A DNA stretch of 43,402 nt from Candidatus Sulfotelmatobacter sp. (GCA_030044775.1 JASICF010000348.1:1-43402); one strand, 5' to 3'. Positions 25,567-36,145 are shown, numbered from the stretch's first letter. Notes: generated by a model from the letters alone, not told the origin. A program made the numbers and translations.

Positions 25567-25655
25567 TTCTAGGCAGGCAAGGCTGATGACGGCGCTCTTC
25601 CATTATCGCAAAGACGCGGGTTACAATCTTCAGCAAGCGAAAAGGAAGCCACGCT

Positions 25656-26171
25656 GTGGATGAGATTGTCCCCAACCTCCTTCATCCCGCCCAACTGGAA
25701 GCCATCGTCGCTGTTTTGCGAAAGACAGCGGAGCAGGCAAAAGTAGCGCTCCCAAAGGATAGAGCGTTCTTGATTGCGCAGAATATCTGCTCAAATGCGC
25801 GCTCCCTGGAACGCGCGCTCACCCGGCTCGCGCCCTATCGTTGGGGGAACAGCACGGAGCTCACCCGCAGCTTCACGCAACAAGCACTGCAGAATTCGAT
25901 CGATACGCAGGTGCGCGCGGCGGTCGATCGCCTCCAAAAATCTTCCTCTCCCCATCGCGGTACGAAGGACGACAAAGTTGGATGGCAGGATTGGACCCCG
26001 TCGAATCGAGATTTCGGCTTCTCCCTGTTGATCGCGCGCCAGGGGAGAAAAGCCACCCGGGTTAGACAGCAATTGGAAGTGAACATGCGCGAGAGCGAAC
26101 GCGAACGGCTGGCACGCCGTGACGCGCACCAGCGGGAGTTGGAAATCCGCGCGAAGAAGCGGAAATGCTGA
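25656..26171 (+). pseudogene. DnaA domain-III lid fragment (truncated DnaA paralog or remnant)
   Basis: HPAQLEAIVAVLRKTAEQAKVALPKDRAFLIAQNICSNARSLERALTRLAPY aligns by eye with E. coli DnaA [51 protein letters not shown]. No Walker A/B region upstream (an in-frame stop lies 23 codons upstream). No domain IV. GTG start. Confidence 0.55.
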
Positions 26172-26214
26172 ATCCTTGCCCCGAGGCGGCACATTAAAAG
26201 GATCCTACCCACCA

Positions 26215-26613
26215 CTATGGACGACCGCCGAGAAACTGTCGCGGAGTAAGAATTGCGATCCCTTCGTACTCACGTAACCTCAACAAATGAGTATCGCCGG
26301 TAACTATGACTTGTGCGGCTGCTTCGGCCGCGCACTCGAGTACGCGATTGTCGGAGGGATCCTCCGCAACTGCGTTTACACGTCGACTCGGAACCACTCG
26401 CGAGCCCAGGGACAACAACCGCGCGAGGTACGTGTCCAGCCGCTGATTATTCCAATTGAATTTGTCGCGCAGGACGCGCCGGGTTTCAGTCTCAATCTCC
26501 GCCGAATAAAACCACTCGCAAATGCCTTCCTCGACTGTCTCAAGCACTCGCCGGGGCAGTCCCCCGAAAACCAGCGCAGACACGATCACATTCGTGTCTA
26601 CGACAATCCTCAT
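26215..26613 (-). CDS. PIN-domain toxin (TIGR00305-like PIN family)
   Basis: MRIVVDTNVIVSAL..., EDPSDNRVLECA, VIVTGDTHLL. Abuts the antitoxin gene with no gap. Confidence 0.85.
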   Translation of the reverse strand: MRIVVDTNVIVSALVFGGLPRRVLETVEEGICEWFYSAEIETETRRVLRDKFNWNNQRLDTYLARLLSLGSRVVPSRRVNAVAEDPSDNRVLECAAEAAAQVIVTGDTHLLRLREYEGIAILTPRQFLGGRP

Positions 26614-26868
26614 TTATTTCCGTCCGTTTGGTTTTGTGCGGCGGGTCTCTTGAACTATGCGCTCAACATCGCTCTCACGGATTCTGAGTTCTTCCGCCCG
26701 GCGGCGGCCGTAGGCATTGACTTCGTCCCACCACGATTGCCGTTCATATCGCCGCAGCGCCTCTCGAACCAGTTCGCTCATCGTGCGGCTTTCGCGCTTG
26801 GCAATCGACTGCGCCCGCTTCAGCATCTCCGGCGGCAAGGTAATGGATAGTGTGCGTGCACCCTTCAT
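26614..26868 (-). CDS. ribbon-helix-helix (CopG-like) antitoxin
   Basis: 84 aa. LSITLPPEMLKRAQSIAKRESRTMSELVREALRRY. Lies immediately upstream of the PIN gene. Confidence 0.8.
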   Translation of the reverse strand: MKGARTLSITLPPEMLKRAQSIAKRESRTMSELVREALRRYERQSWWDEVNAYGRRRAEELRIRESDVERIVQETRRTKPNGRK

Positions 26869-26875
26869 GTTAAAT

Positions 26876-26905
26876 ATTGTAAAACAATGTTAAACATGAC
26901 CGCAA
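26876..26905 (-). promoter_or_regulatory. candidate promoter giving a leaderless antitoxin mRNA
   Basis: The minus strand reads TTGCGG - 18 nt - TACAAT. The -10 ends 7 nt before the ATG at 26868. No SD is present. Confidence 0.4.
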
Positions 26906-26921
26906 AACATTTGAGCCCGCC

Positions 26922-26982
26922 GGTTGCCCCAACCTTGTCGCAGGTTGCCCCACCCTTTCGCCCGCTTTTGGCGAAGGGTGGG
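26922..26982 (+). repeat. REP-like structured repeat, copy B
   Basis: GGTTGCCCCAACCTTGTCGCAGGTTGCCCCACCCTTTCGCCCGCTTTTGGCGAAGGGTGGG. Hairpin CCACCCTT(T)CGCC / GGCGAAGGGTGG. Confidence 0.6.
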
Positions 26983-27016
26983 CTCTTGCTGTTTGTCCGC
27001 TGTGATCTGAGATCTA

Positions 27017-27056
27017 CCCACCCTGCCGCAAAAGACGCGGCAAGGGTGGGGCAACC
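27017..27056 (-). repeat. REP-like structured repeat, copy C (inverted)
   Basis: The reverse complement reads GGTTGCCCCACCCTTGCCGCGTCTTTTGCGGCAGGGTGGG. It shows compensatory changes in the inner stem relative to copy B. Confidence 0.6.
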
Positions 27057-27204
27057 CATTCGTGGGAAAAGGATGGACCAGCCCCGAACCGTGCAGGCAA
27101 TCGGGGCCCGAAAATCAAAGCGGCCCTTGCGGGCCGCCGGATCCTTCGACTGGACTAAGGACAAGCAGCCGAGGGCGGCTGTCCCTACATGATTTTGCTC
27201 GCGC

Positions 27205-28515
<1,311 letters not shown>

Positions 28516-28901
28516 TTACAACAGGGTAGTTCGTATTAAGGGTCACTCTCAGGATACACGATTATCGCCCGTGAAGGACATGCCAAAAATACCCTTAGGG
28601 GAATGGGACTTTCGAGAGCCAACAAACATGGACTTTCGTTTCGACGTTGTTGAAAACTTTGCCGCCAGGGAATTGCAGATCTCCGCTTTCTCGAATTCCT
28701 GCGCTCTTTTTTCGGCAGAAAGTCGGGCCAACGATGAGGAACAGCCTTTTGCGGACTCTCTGGTGGAGAACAAATTTCCGACACGGACAATCGAGTGTTT
28801 AACTTAGTGTCCTTCTGTTGTAGAAGAAAGTCCGCATTGACATCCTGAACCGGCTCAAGTCAAAATCTCTCCGCCCAAATCACACATCTCCGGAGGGACC
28901 T

Positions 28902-30035
28902 ATGCGCCGCGCCTACCTGCTTTCTTTCTCCTTAACTATTTTCTTCCTGGTGGCCGCCGCCGCATGGTCACAATCGGTATTTGTCGTGGGCGGAATCAAC
29001 AATCGGATTGATAGCGACAGCGTCCATCCGTCGCTCAGGAGTTCCGAGCTTTACAACGAAAGTACGCAGACTTTCACAGCCAGCGGTCAGATGCACGTCG
29101 GCCGCACCGGCAATGCAGCTACCGTGTTGCAGAATGGAGAAATTCTAGTCACCGGAGGAGACAGCAACGTAGCCGACGCTCCGACTTCTTCCGCCGAGCT
29201 TTACAATCCTTCGACTGGCACTTTCCAGATAACCGGGAACATGAGCGCAGGGAGAGTAGCGCACACGTCTACCTTGCTTCCGAATGGGCAGGTGCTCATC
29301 GCGGGTGGGCAAAATAAGCACTTCGCTAACCTGGATACGGCGGAATTGTATGACCCCACGACCGGGACCTTCACTGCAACGGGCAACATGACCACGGCCC
29401 GTTGCGGGCAGACGGCAACTCTCCTGAATAATGGCTTAGTGCTGGTGGCCGGGGGTCAAAACAATTCCGGCCTGCTGGCCTCGGCTGAACTGTATGACCC
29501 TTCAACCGGAACCTTCACCGCTACCGGCAGCATGACGACGGCACGAGAGTTTCCTATTGCAAACCTGCTGGCCAATGGAACGGTTTTGATTGCCGGCGGG
29601 GGAGGCAACGTAGGCGGTTGCTCGGGCTGCTCCCTGGCATCGGCGGAAGTATACGATCCCACCACTGCAACATTTACGGCTGTGGGTTCGATGAGTTATT
29701 CGAGACGCGGCTTTGTCTCCGCGCCCTTAAGTAGCGGCGACATTTTGGTCACCGGGGGCATCGAGGACAACAACGGACAAGAGGAATTTCTCAGCTCCGC
29801 CGAAATCTTCGATCAGGGGTCTTTAACCTTTTCCTTAACCGGCAGCATGATCAGCGTCCGCTTCGATCACGCAGCCAACCTGCTTGAGAATGGCAACGTC
29901 CTGGTGACCGGTGGATTTACGGATTCTACAATTACAGAAACAGCCGAGGTTTACGACACTTCGAGCGGGACTTTTGCGCTCACCGGCAACATGCTCGGGG
30001 CGCGTGCCGAGCAGACCACCAACAACATGCCTTGA
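28902..30035 (+). CDS. secreted Kelch-repeat beta-propeller protein
   Basis: Signal peptide. Seven repeats of about 47 aa of the type SAELYDPSTGTFTATGNMTTAR...LLxNGxVLVAGG. Confidence 0.8.
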   Translation: MRRAYLLSFSLTIFFLVAAAAWSQSVFVVGGINNRIDSDSVHPSLRSSELYNESTQTFTASGQMHVGRTGNAATVLQNGEILVTGGDSNVADAPTSSAELYNPSTGTFQITGNMSAGRVAHTSTLLPNGQVLIAGGQNKHFANLDTAELYDPTTGTFTATGNMTTARCGQTATLLNNGLVLVAGGQNNSGLLASAELYDPSTGTFTATGSMTTAREFPIANLLANGTVLIAGGGGNVGGCSGCSLASAEVYDPTTATFTAVGSMSYSRRGFVSAPLSSGDILVTGGIEDNNGQEEFLSSAEIFDQGSLTFSLTGSMISVRFDHAANLLENGNVLVTGGFTDSTITETAEVYDTSSGTFALTGNMLGARAEQTTNNMP

Positions 30036-30175
30036 TTTCTGGACCGCCGCGTTCGCCTGTCATCGTGAAGCGGCCGAGTCGCACGCGCAGAGGGCTGCTC
30101 CCAGCGAATGATCTGTGCATTTCGCTGTCGAGCGGCCCATTCTTTCGCGCGCCCTCTGCGAAAAGGTGACCCAAC

Positions 30176-31366
30176 TTACTTCCTCGCGCCCACCGTCTCG
30201 CGCGCGCCCGCTTCGCTCGCCAGCTTCGCGGCCTTATCGGTCGCTTCCCAGGTGAAGTCGGGATCGTTGCGTCCGAAATGCCCGTACGCCGCCGTCTTGC
30301 GGTAAATCGGACGGCGCAAATTCAGAGAGTCGATAATTCCCCGCGGCGTGAGCTTGAAATTCGCGCGAATCAAATCCGGAATCACGGCGGGATCGACTTT
30401 CTCCGTTCCAAACGTATCGACTCTCACGCTCACCGGATCGGCGACGCCGATTGCATATGCCAGCTGCACTTCGCAGCGGTCAGCCAATTTTGCCGCAACA
30501 ATATTCTTGGCGATGTAACGCGCCATGTAGGCAGCCGAGCGGTCGACCTTGGTCGGATCTTTTCCGCTGAACGCCCCGCCGCCGTGACGTCCCATGCCGC
30601 CGTAAGTGTCGACAATAATCTTGCGGCCGGTCAATCCCGTATCGCCCATCGGCCCGCCGATCACGAAGCGTCCTGTCGGATTAATGTGATAGTGCGTGTC
30701 TTCATCGAGCAGATGCGCCGGAATCACGGCCTGAATCACATGCTTCAAAATCCCCGAACGCAGTTCGTCGTTGCTTACGGTCTCGGCGTGCTGCGTCGAA
30801 ATCACCACGGCATCGACGCGCTTTACTTTGCCGTTTGAATCGTATTCGACCGTGACCTGGGATTTTCCATCGGGACGTAAATAAGGAAGGGTTCCATTTT
30901 TTCTCACCTGCGAGAGCCGCATCGTGAGCTTGTGGGCCAGCGAGATTGGCGTGGGCATGTAGTCTTCATTCTCGCTGCATGCGTAGCCGAACATCATTCC
31001 CTGGTCGCCGGCGCCGCCGGTGTCGACGCCCATAGCGATGTCGCCGGACTGCTTGTTGATGCTGGAGATGACGGCGCAGGTGTTGCAGTCGAAGCCATGA
31101 AGGGCGTTGTCATAACCGATCGATTGCACGGTGCCGCGAACCACCTGCTGGAAATCGACGTACGCCTTGGTGGTGATTTCTCCGGCGATGACGACGAGGC
31201 CGGTCGCGGTCAGGGTTTCGCAGGCGACGCGGCTGTAGGAGTCTTCGGCGAGGCAAGCGTCGAGGATGGCGTCGGAAATCTGGTCGGCGATTTTATCGGG
31301 ATGGCCTTCGGTGACGGACTCGGAAGTAAAAAGAATGCGGTTCTTTGTGGTTGAGGTCGCAGCCAA
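30176..31366 (-). CDS. metK: S-adenosylmethionine synthetase
   Basis: [56 protein letters not shown] start 7 nt after AGGAGAG. Confidence 0.97.
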   Translation of the reverse strand: MAATSTTKNRILFTSESVTEGHPDKIADQISDAILDACLAEDSYSRVACETLTATGLVVIAGEITTKAYVDFQQVVRGTVQSIGYDNALHGFDCNTCAVISSINKQSGDIAMGVDTGGAGDQGMMFGYACSENEDYMPTPISLAHKLTMRLSQVRKNGTLPYLRPDGKSQVTVEYDSNGKVKRVDAVVISTQHAETVSNDELRSGILKHVIQAVIPAHLLDEDTHYHINPTGRFVIGGPMGDTGLTGRKIIVDTYGGMGRHGGGAFSGKDPTKVDRSAAYMARYIAKNIVAAKLADRCEVQLAYAIGVADPVSVRVDTFGTEKVDPAVIPDLIRANFKLTPRGIIDSLNLRRPIYRKTAAYGHFGRNDPDFTWEATDKAAKLASEAGARETVGARK

Positions 31367-31731
31367 GATTTTACTCTCCTTCGAAGTTGCTTTGGGCTTT
31401 CAATGCTTTTCAGCAATGAGGGCGGGGGGTCTGGAATGCAGTCGCGTCAAGAGCGGAGCTGCAAACGTTAATCATACTATCGGGTTTCCGGCCGGGCAAG
31501 CATAGATTAGCCGGAAATTGGCCCGCAACGAAGGCTAGCAGCGGGACTGGCGGGCGGCAACGACTTTGGGGTTAACTGCTGCGGAGTGAATTGAATAGCG
31601 GAAATTGGGTGGTGGGCGGAAATGCGGTCGTGGAGCCCACCCTGTCGGACGAATGGCCCGCCTTTTCAGGGCTTGTCTTTCTATCTGCGCCCTATCTGCG
31701 CCCCCGGCCTTTACACCCGGCGGCGGAGGAC

Positions 31732-32625
31732 TCAGGCGATGCGAGATACGCGAATCTCACCGGCCGGACTTAAGCTGGCGCTGGATACCTCGTTGCGCCG
31801 CGTCCATAAATAGACCGCGACGGCGCCGCTCGTCAGCACCAGGCCTGCGCCGAATTCCGTTGTGACATAGAGGGCCCTGCCGGCCGGCGCCGTCATGCGG
31901 TCGAAAATCGCCTGGATAAAAAGATTGTGGCTGGCATGCAGAATTGCCGCGGGCCACAGGCTTCGGGATTTCAGCCGGAACCATCCGAATATAAAGGCGC
32001 CAGAGATCACCATCAGCGTAAAACAAGTCAGCGCGTACGCCGGACGGGTGCCTGCGTTGTAGTCGGCAAACAGCAGCAATGGGTAATGCCATACCGCCCA
32101 GATGCACCCGCTGATGAGACAGCCCAGGGTAAAGCCAAATTGCTGCACCAGTCGGGGCAAGAGGAATCCCCGCCAGCCGATTTCTTCCCCGAGCGCACGC
32201 GCCGCGCTGCTGATGACGCCCAACACCGCATATAAAGGAATCGCGAGCAAAATGGCTGCGGCGCGGGGCGAGTTGGGAAATCCGAAAGACGCGCCAAGCG
32301 GATCGGCGAATTTCGAGAAATCGAACGAACCGGAGATCGCCGCCCAGGTGACAACGTAAACCGGCAGCGCGTAAAGGACGGGAACCACATACGCCCACGC
32401 CTCGTAGCGTACAGGGCGCCAGTTCCAACCGAGGGTTGCCGCGTCGATCTTGAGCAGAGCGCAGGTTGCAAAGGCGGCAAAGGCCGGGCACCACATCAGG
32501 AACCCGACGACGGTGCCGTTGCCGACGGCAAGGTGACCGGCATGAATAACGAGAAAATACGGCAGGCAGGAGAAGAGAAATACCAGGAATATGAAGGTCA
32601 GAATTTGCTTAGCGAGGGGTCGCAT
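31732..32625 (-). CDS. CPBP-family intramembrane glutamic endopeptidase (CAAX protease-like)
   Basis: Polytopic. Motifs EEIGWRGFL, FxxxH (WAVWHYP) and HASHNL. Confidence 0.85.
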   Translation of the reverse strand: MRPLAKQILTFIFLVFLFSCLPYFLVIHAGHLAVGNGTVVGFLMWCPAFAAFATCALLKIDAATLGWNWRPVRYEAWAYVVPVLYALPVYVVTWAAISGSFDFSKFADPLGASFGFPNSPRAAAILLAIPLYAVLGVISSAARALGEEIGWRGFLLPRLVQQFGFTLGCLISGCIWAVWHYPLLLFADYNAGTRPAYALTCFTLMVISGAFIFGWFRLKSRSLWPAAILHASHNLFIQAIFDRMTAPAGRALYVTTEFGAGLVLTSGAVAVYLWTRRNEVSSASLSPAGEIRVSRIA

Positions 32626-32692
32626 GACGCGGCAATCTTAACACTGGGAGTCAAGAATGAGTCCGGCAGTGGCTCGGTTTGAGTCGCCTTTT

Positions 32693-33697
32693 TTATCCCC
32701 CGATATGCACCATCGTCCTTGATGCCGGCACGAAGTCCGGCTCGCCGATGTGGTGGCGCTCTTCTTTCTTCAGCACCACGCCCTGAATGAATTCGGCCAA
32801 CTCCTCGTCGGAGGCGCCGCGCTGCATTTGCGCGTGGAGATCGTGATCCCAGACGGAAAAAAGGCAGGTGCGGATTTTGCCGTCGCTAGTGATGCGGATG
32901 CGGCTGCAATGGCCGCAGAACGGATGCGAAACCGGAGCGATGATGCCGATTTCGCCGATGCCGTCGTCGAACCGGTAACGCCGCGCGGTTTCGGAGCGGG
33001 CGTGGGGAATTTCGACCAGCGGACGGTACTCCGCCATGCGCGAAAGAATCTCGTCGAGGGTGACCACCGTGGCCGGCGACCAGGTGCGCTCTTCTTCGAG
33101 GGGCATGAATTCGATGAAGCGCACGATCACGCCTTCTTCGCGCGCGAACATGCCAAAGGGGATAATCTGATCCTCATTGAAACCGCGCATCAGCACGCAA
33201 TTCACTTTCAGCGGCCAAAGGCCGGCGCGGCGTGCTGCGCGAATACCGGCGAGCACATGATCGAAGCCGCCCGGCACGCGGGTGATGCGAGTAAAGCGGT
33301 CGGGATCGACGGCATCCATCGAGACGGTAACGCGACTGAGTCCGGCAGACTTCAGGGGTTGGGCAAGATCGGCGAGGAGATGGCCGTTCGTGGTGAGCGC
33401 GATATCCAGCACGTCAGCGCTGTTGCCACTGCCATTTGGCCGGCGCAGTTGCGAAAGCTCGCGCACAAAATCGATCACGCCTTTGCGCAACAGCGGCTCG
33501 CCGCCGGTAAGACGGATTTTGGTGATGCCCAGCGCGACCAGCACGCGCGCCATGCGCAGGTAATCGGCAAATGGCAGGTCGCCGTAAAGCGCGCCCTCAT
33601 TGCCAGTACGGCAGTAGACACACTTGTAGTTACAGCGGTCCGTGATGGAAATCCGAAGGTCAGTGATGTAACGGCCGAATTTGTCGCGAAGAAGCAT
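32693..33697 (-). CDS. moaA: GTP 3',8-cyclase (molybdenum cofactor biosynthesis, radical SAM)
   Basis: ITDLRISITDRCNYKCVYC, LTGGEPLLR, C-terminal CGHCSRIRITSDGKIRTCLF. Confidence 0.95.
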   Translation of the reverse strand: MLLRDKFGRYITDLRISITDRCNYKCVYCRTGNEGALYGDLPFADYLRMARVLVALGITKIRLTGGEPLLRKGVIDFVRELSQLRRPNGSGNSADVLDIALTTNGHLLADLAQPLKSAGLSRVTVSMDAVDPDRFTRITRVPGGFDHVLAGIRAARRAGLWPLKVNCVLMRGFNEDQIIPFGMFAREEGVIVRFIEFMPLEEERTWSPATVVTLDEILSRMAEYRPLVEIPHARSETARRYRFDDGIGEIGIIAPVSHPFCGHCSRIRITSDGKIRTCLFSVWDHDLHAQMQRGASDEELAEFIQGVVLKKEERHHIGEPDFVPASRTMVHIGG

Positions 33698-33825
33698 TCA
33701 GCGGTCGGGAGCCCGGCATTCGAAACCAAGCCTGCGACCTGTCTTTCATTCTAGTGGTTTCGAGGTGATTCCGGGGGCAATAGCTCAACGGCGAGAACTG
33801 GACTTTGAGTGCCAGGTGCTTGTCG

Positions 33826-34617
33826 CTACTTCAGATCCTTTTCTATCGCGGCCTCGGCGAGCGGCGTCATGACCTTGAATCCCGCCGCGTTTGGGTGCAG
33901 CCCGTCATCGGAAAGTCCGTTCTTCATGAGCCCCTTGTTATCCACCATGGCGCTGAAGTAGTCGAGATAGGCACAGTTCTGCGCGGATCGTTCATCGCCC
34001 CGCGAGAGAGAGCAGTAATTCTTCAGCCAGCGGTTAAGTTCGAGAATCTTCGTTGTCGACCGCTGGGCAAAAAAGTCTTTCGACTTCTCCGTATAGTTGT
34101 GTATGGGTAGTACCGACGCATAAATCACTTTGATTTGGTGGACGCGTGCGAGTTCCGCGAGGGATGCGTAGTCTGACTCAATATCTTCCAGCCGCATGGG
34201 ACCCGTGTTACCGGCAATATCGTTGGTGCCGGCCAGAATGAGAACAATCTTTGGCTGAAGATCGATCACATCCTGGCGGAAGCGAACGAGCATTTGAGGG
34301 GTGGTCTGCCCGCCGATTCCGCGGTTGATGTAAGACTTGCCGGGAAAGTACTGGTCGAGATGCCAGATGTCGGTGATGGAATCGCCGAAAAAAACCACGC
34401 GATTCTCATTCGGGGCGGGTGGAGCAAGTTTCGCGTTCGCCTCGCGATAGCGGGTTAGTTGGCCGAAATCATCGGTGAAGACAGCGATGCGCCGGGCGCG
34501 ATAGTCGTCGAGTCCCGCGAAGCCCGTCGACGGAATGCCCGGAGTGGGCACGGACTGTTGAGCAAGGGCGGAAGGTGCTGCGAGCAATAAAGCAAGAATC
34601 GCAATCCGACCTGTCAT
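33826..34617 (-). CDS. secreted SGNH/GDSL-family hydrolase
   Basis: Signal peptide. Block I FFGDSITD. Block III ILAGTNDI. Block V DDGLHPN. Confidence 0.8.
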   Translation of the reverse strand: MTGRIAILALLLAAPSALAQQSVPTPGIPSTGFAGLDDYRARRIAVFTDDFGQLTRYREANAKLAPPAPNENRVVFFGDSITDIWHLDQYFPGKSYINRGIGGQTTPQMLVRFRQDVIDLQPKIVLILAGTNDIAGNTGPMRLEDIESDYASLAELARVHQIKVIYASVLPIHNYTEKSKDFFAQRSTTKILELNRWLKNYCSLSRGDERSAQNCAYLDYFSAMVDNKGLMKNGLSDDGLHPNAAGFKVMTPLAEAAIEKDLK

Positions 34618-34781
34618 TCGTTGCCTCCGGTTTGAATTGATGGCTTGCGGCGCGTTCTATCAGCAAAGCGGCCATTATAGAAGTTGCGCGCACAAGAAGA
34701 AGAGGCTTTCAAGCAGCCGCCATCTTGCGCGGGATTATCATCTAGAGTGTCGCAGACCTGGATCAGCACAAGAGGAGTTGA

Positions 34782-36101
34782 TTGAAGACAGCCACATTTT
34801 TATTGATCATTTCCGCGGGGCTTGCCTTCCCTGCTCTCGCTTGCGGACAAAGCTCAGCCGCGCAAGCTCCAACACTCACTGAGTCGCAGGCCGAGCATAC
34901 GCCAGAGATCACCGAATACTCGCTGCCTCCGGAAAAGCTCGCGAAAGCCGAGGCGCTTTACCGCACCAGAACCGTGCTGTACCTGTTTGACATGATCTTT
35001 GGACTCGCAGTGCTGTGGGCCGTGCTCAGGTTGCGAATCGGCCCTGCGCTTCGCGATTTTGCAGAACTCGTCAGCCGCAATCGTTTCTTTCAGACCCTGA
35101 TTTTCGTACCTCTGCTCTTGCTTGTAATCGCGATCGCCTCCCTGCCGCTCGATATTTATGGGCACCATATCTCGCTGGCCTACGGACTCTCTGTGCAAGG
35201 CTGGGTCTCGTGGGCCGGCGACTGGCTAAAAAGTGAAGCGGTATTGGTAGGGATTGCAACTCTGGCGGTACTGGGCCTGTTCCGGATTATTGCGAAGAGC
35301 CCGCGGCGATGGTGGTTTTACTTCTGGCTGATCACGCTACCCTTCATTGTGTTGCTGGTGTTTGTCGCGCCCGTGATTCTCGATCCGATGTTTAACACGT
35401 TCATTGCACTCGAGAATATTCAGCCGCAACTGGTGCGCGCGATTGAAAAAGTCACGGAGCGTGGCGGGCTGAACATTCCTCGCGAGCATATGTTCGAAAT
35501 GAAGGCGAGCGAGAAGGTTACCACCTACAACGCGTACGTAACGGGAATTGGAGCTACAAAGCGTGTTGTGGTTTGGGATAACACGGCTCGCGATATGACG
35601 ATGCCGGAAATTCTTTTTGTTTTCGGTCACGAGATGGGACATTACGTGTTGAATCACATTTATAAGGGTCTGGCGTTTTTTGCAGCGATCTCATTCGCCG
35701 GGTTGTGGCTGGGGAGAAGAATCGTGATCGCAATGCTGGCGCGATGGGGAGCGAACTGGCGGATTCGCGACATCACAGACCTCGCATCCTTGCCAGTTTT
35801 TCTGCTTGCTCTGACCTTGCTCGCGCTGGTCTCTGAGCCGGTCAACAGCGCCTTCAGCCGCCATCTGGAACACCAGGCCGATATCTATGGGCTGGAAGTA
35901 ACGCATGGCCTGTTTCCCGACAACCAGCACGTAGCTGCGGCCGCGTTCCAAAAACTCGGCGAGAAAAGTTACGATTATCCGACACCGAATGCGCTGCTCG
36001 TTTTCTGGTCGTACGATCATCCGACGATTCAACAACGAATCCGCTTTGCGCTTCACTACGATCCATGGGACACGCCCCGCGGACCGCAATACGTGAAGTG
36101 A
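34782..36101 (+). CDS. M48-family (Ste24/HtpX-like) membrane metallopeptidase
   Basis: Several TM helices. FVFGHEMGHYVLNH HExxH motif. Downstream EHQAD. TTG start after AGGAG. Confidence 0.88.
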   Translation: MKTATFLLIISAGLAFPALACGQSSAAQAPTLTESQAEHTPEITEYSLPPEKLAKAEALYRTRTVLYLFDMIFGLAVLWAVLRLRIGPALRDFAELVSRNRFFQTLIFVPLLLLVIAIASLPLDIYGHHISLAYGLSVQGWVSWAGDWLKSEAVLVGIATLAVLGLFRIIAKSPRRWWFYFWLITLPFIVLLVFVAPVILDPMFNTFIALENIQPQLVRAIEKVTERGGLNIPREHMFEMKASEKVTTYNAYVTGIGATKRVVVWDNTARDMTMPEILFVFGHEMGHYVLNHIYKGLAFFAAISFAGLWLGRRIVIAMLARWGANWRIRDITDLASLPVFLLALTLLALVSEPVNSAFSRHLEHQADIYGLEVTHGLFPDNQHVAAAAFQKLGEKSYDYPTPNALLVFWSYDHPTIQQRIRFALHYDPWDTPRGPQYVK

Positions 36102-36145
36102 ACTCTCTTCGATACCGATGCGACCTTTCCTCCTGTTGGCATCTT

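Noticed and set aside
24314-25675. 453-aa minus-strand ORF, the longest unassigned ORF in the window
   Set aside because: It runs antisense to the 24416..25204 gene, which has a near-consensus promoter, an SD and a strong terminator. It then continues through hairpin and REP DNA. The composition is G/R/A-rich and it starts inside AT-rich promoter DNA. Judged a shadow ORF.
25656-26171. The DnaA-like ORF marking a replication origin
   Set aside because: It is only a lid fragment. I saw no cluster of TTATCCACA-type DnaA boxes, no AT-rich unwinding element and no dnaN nearby.
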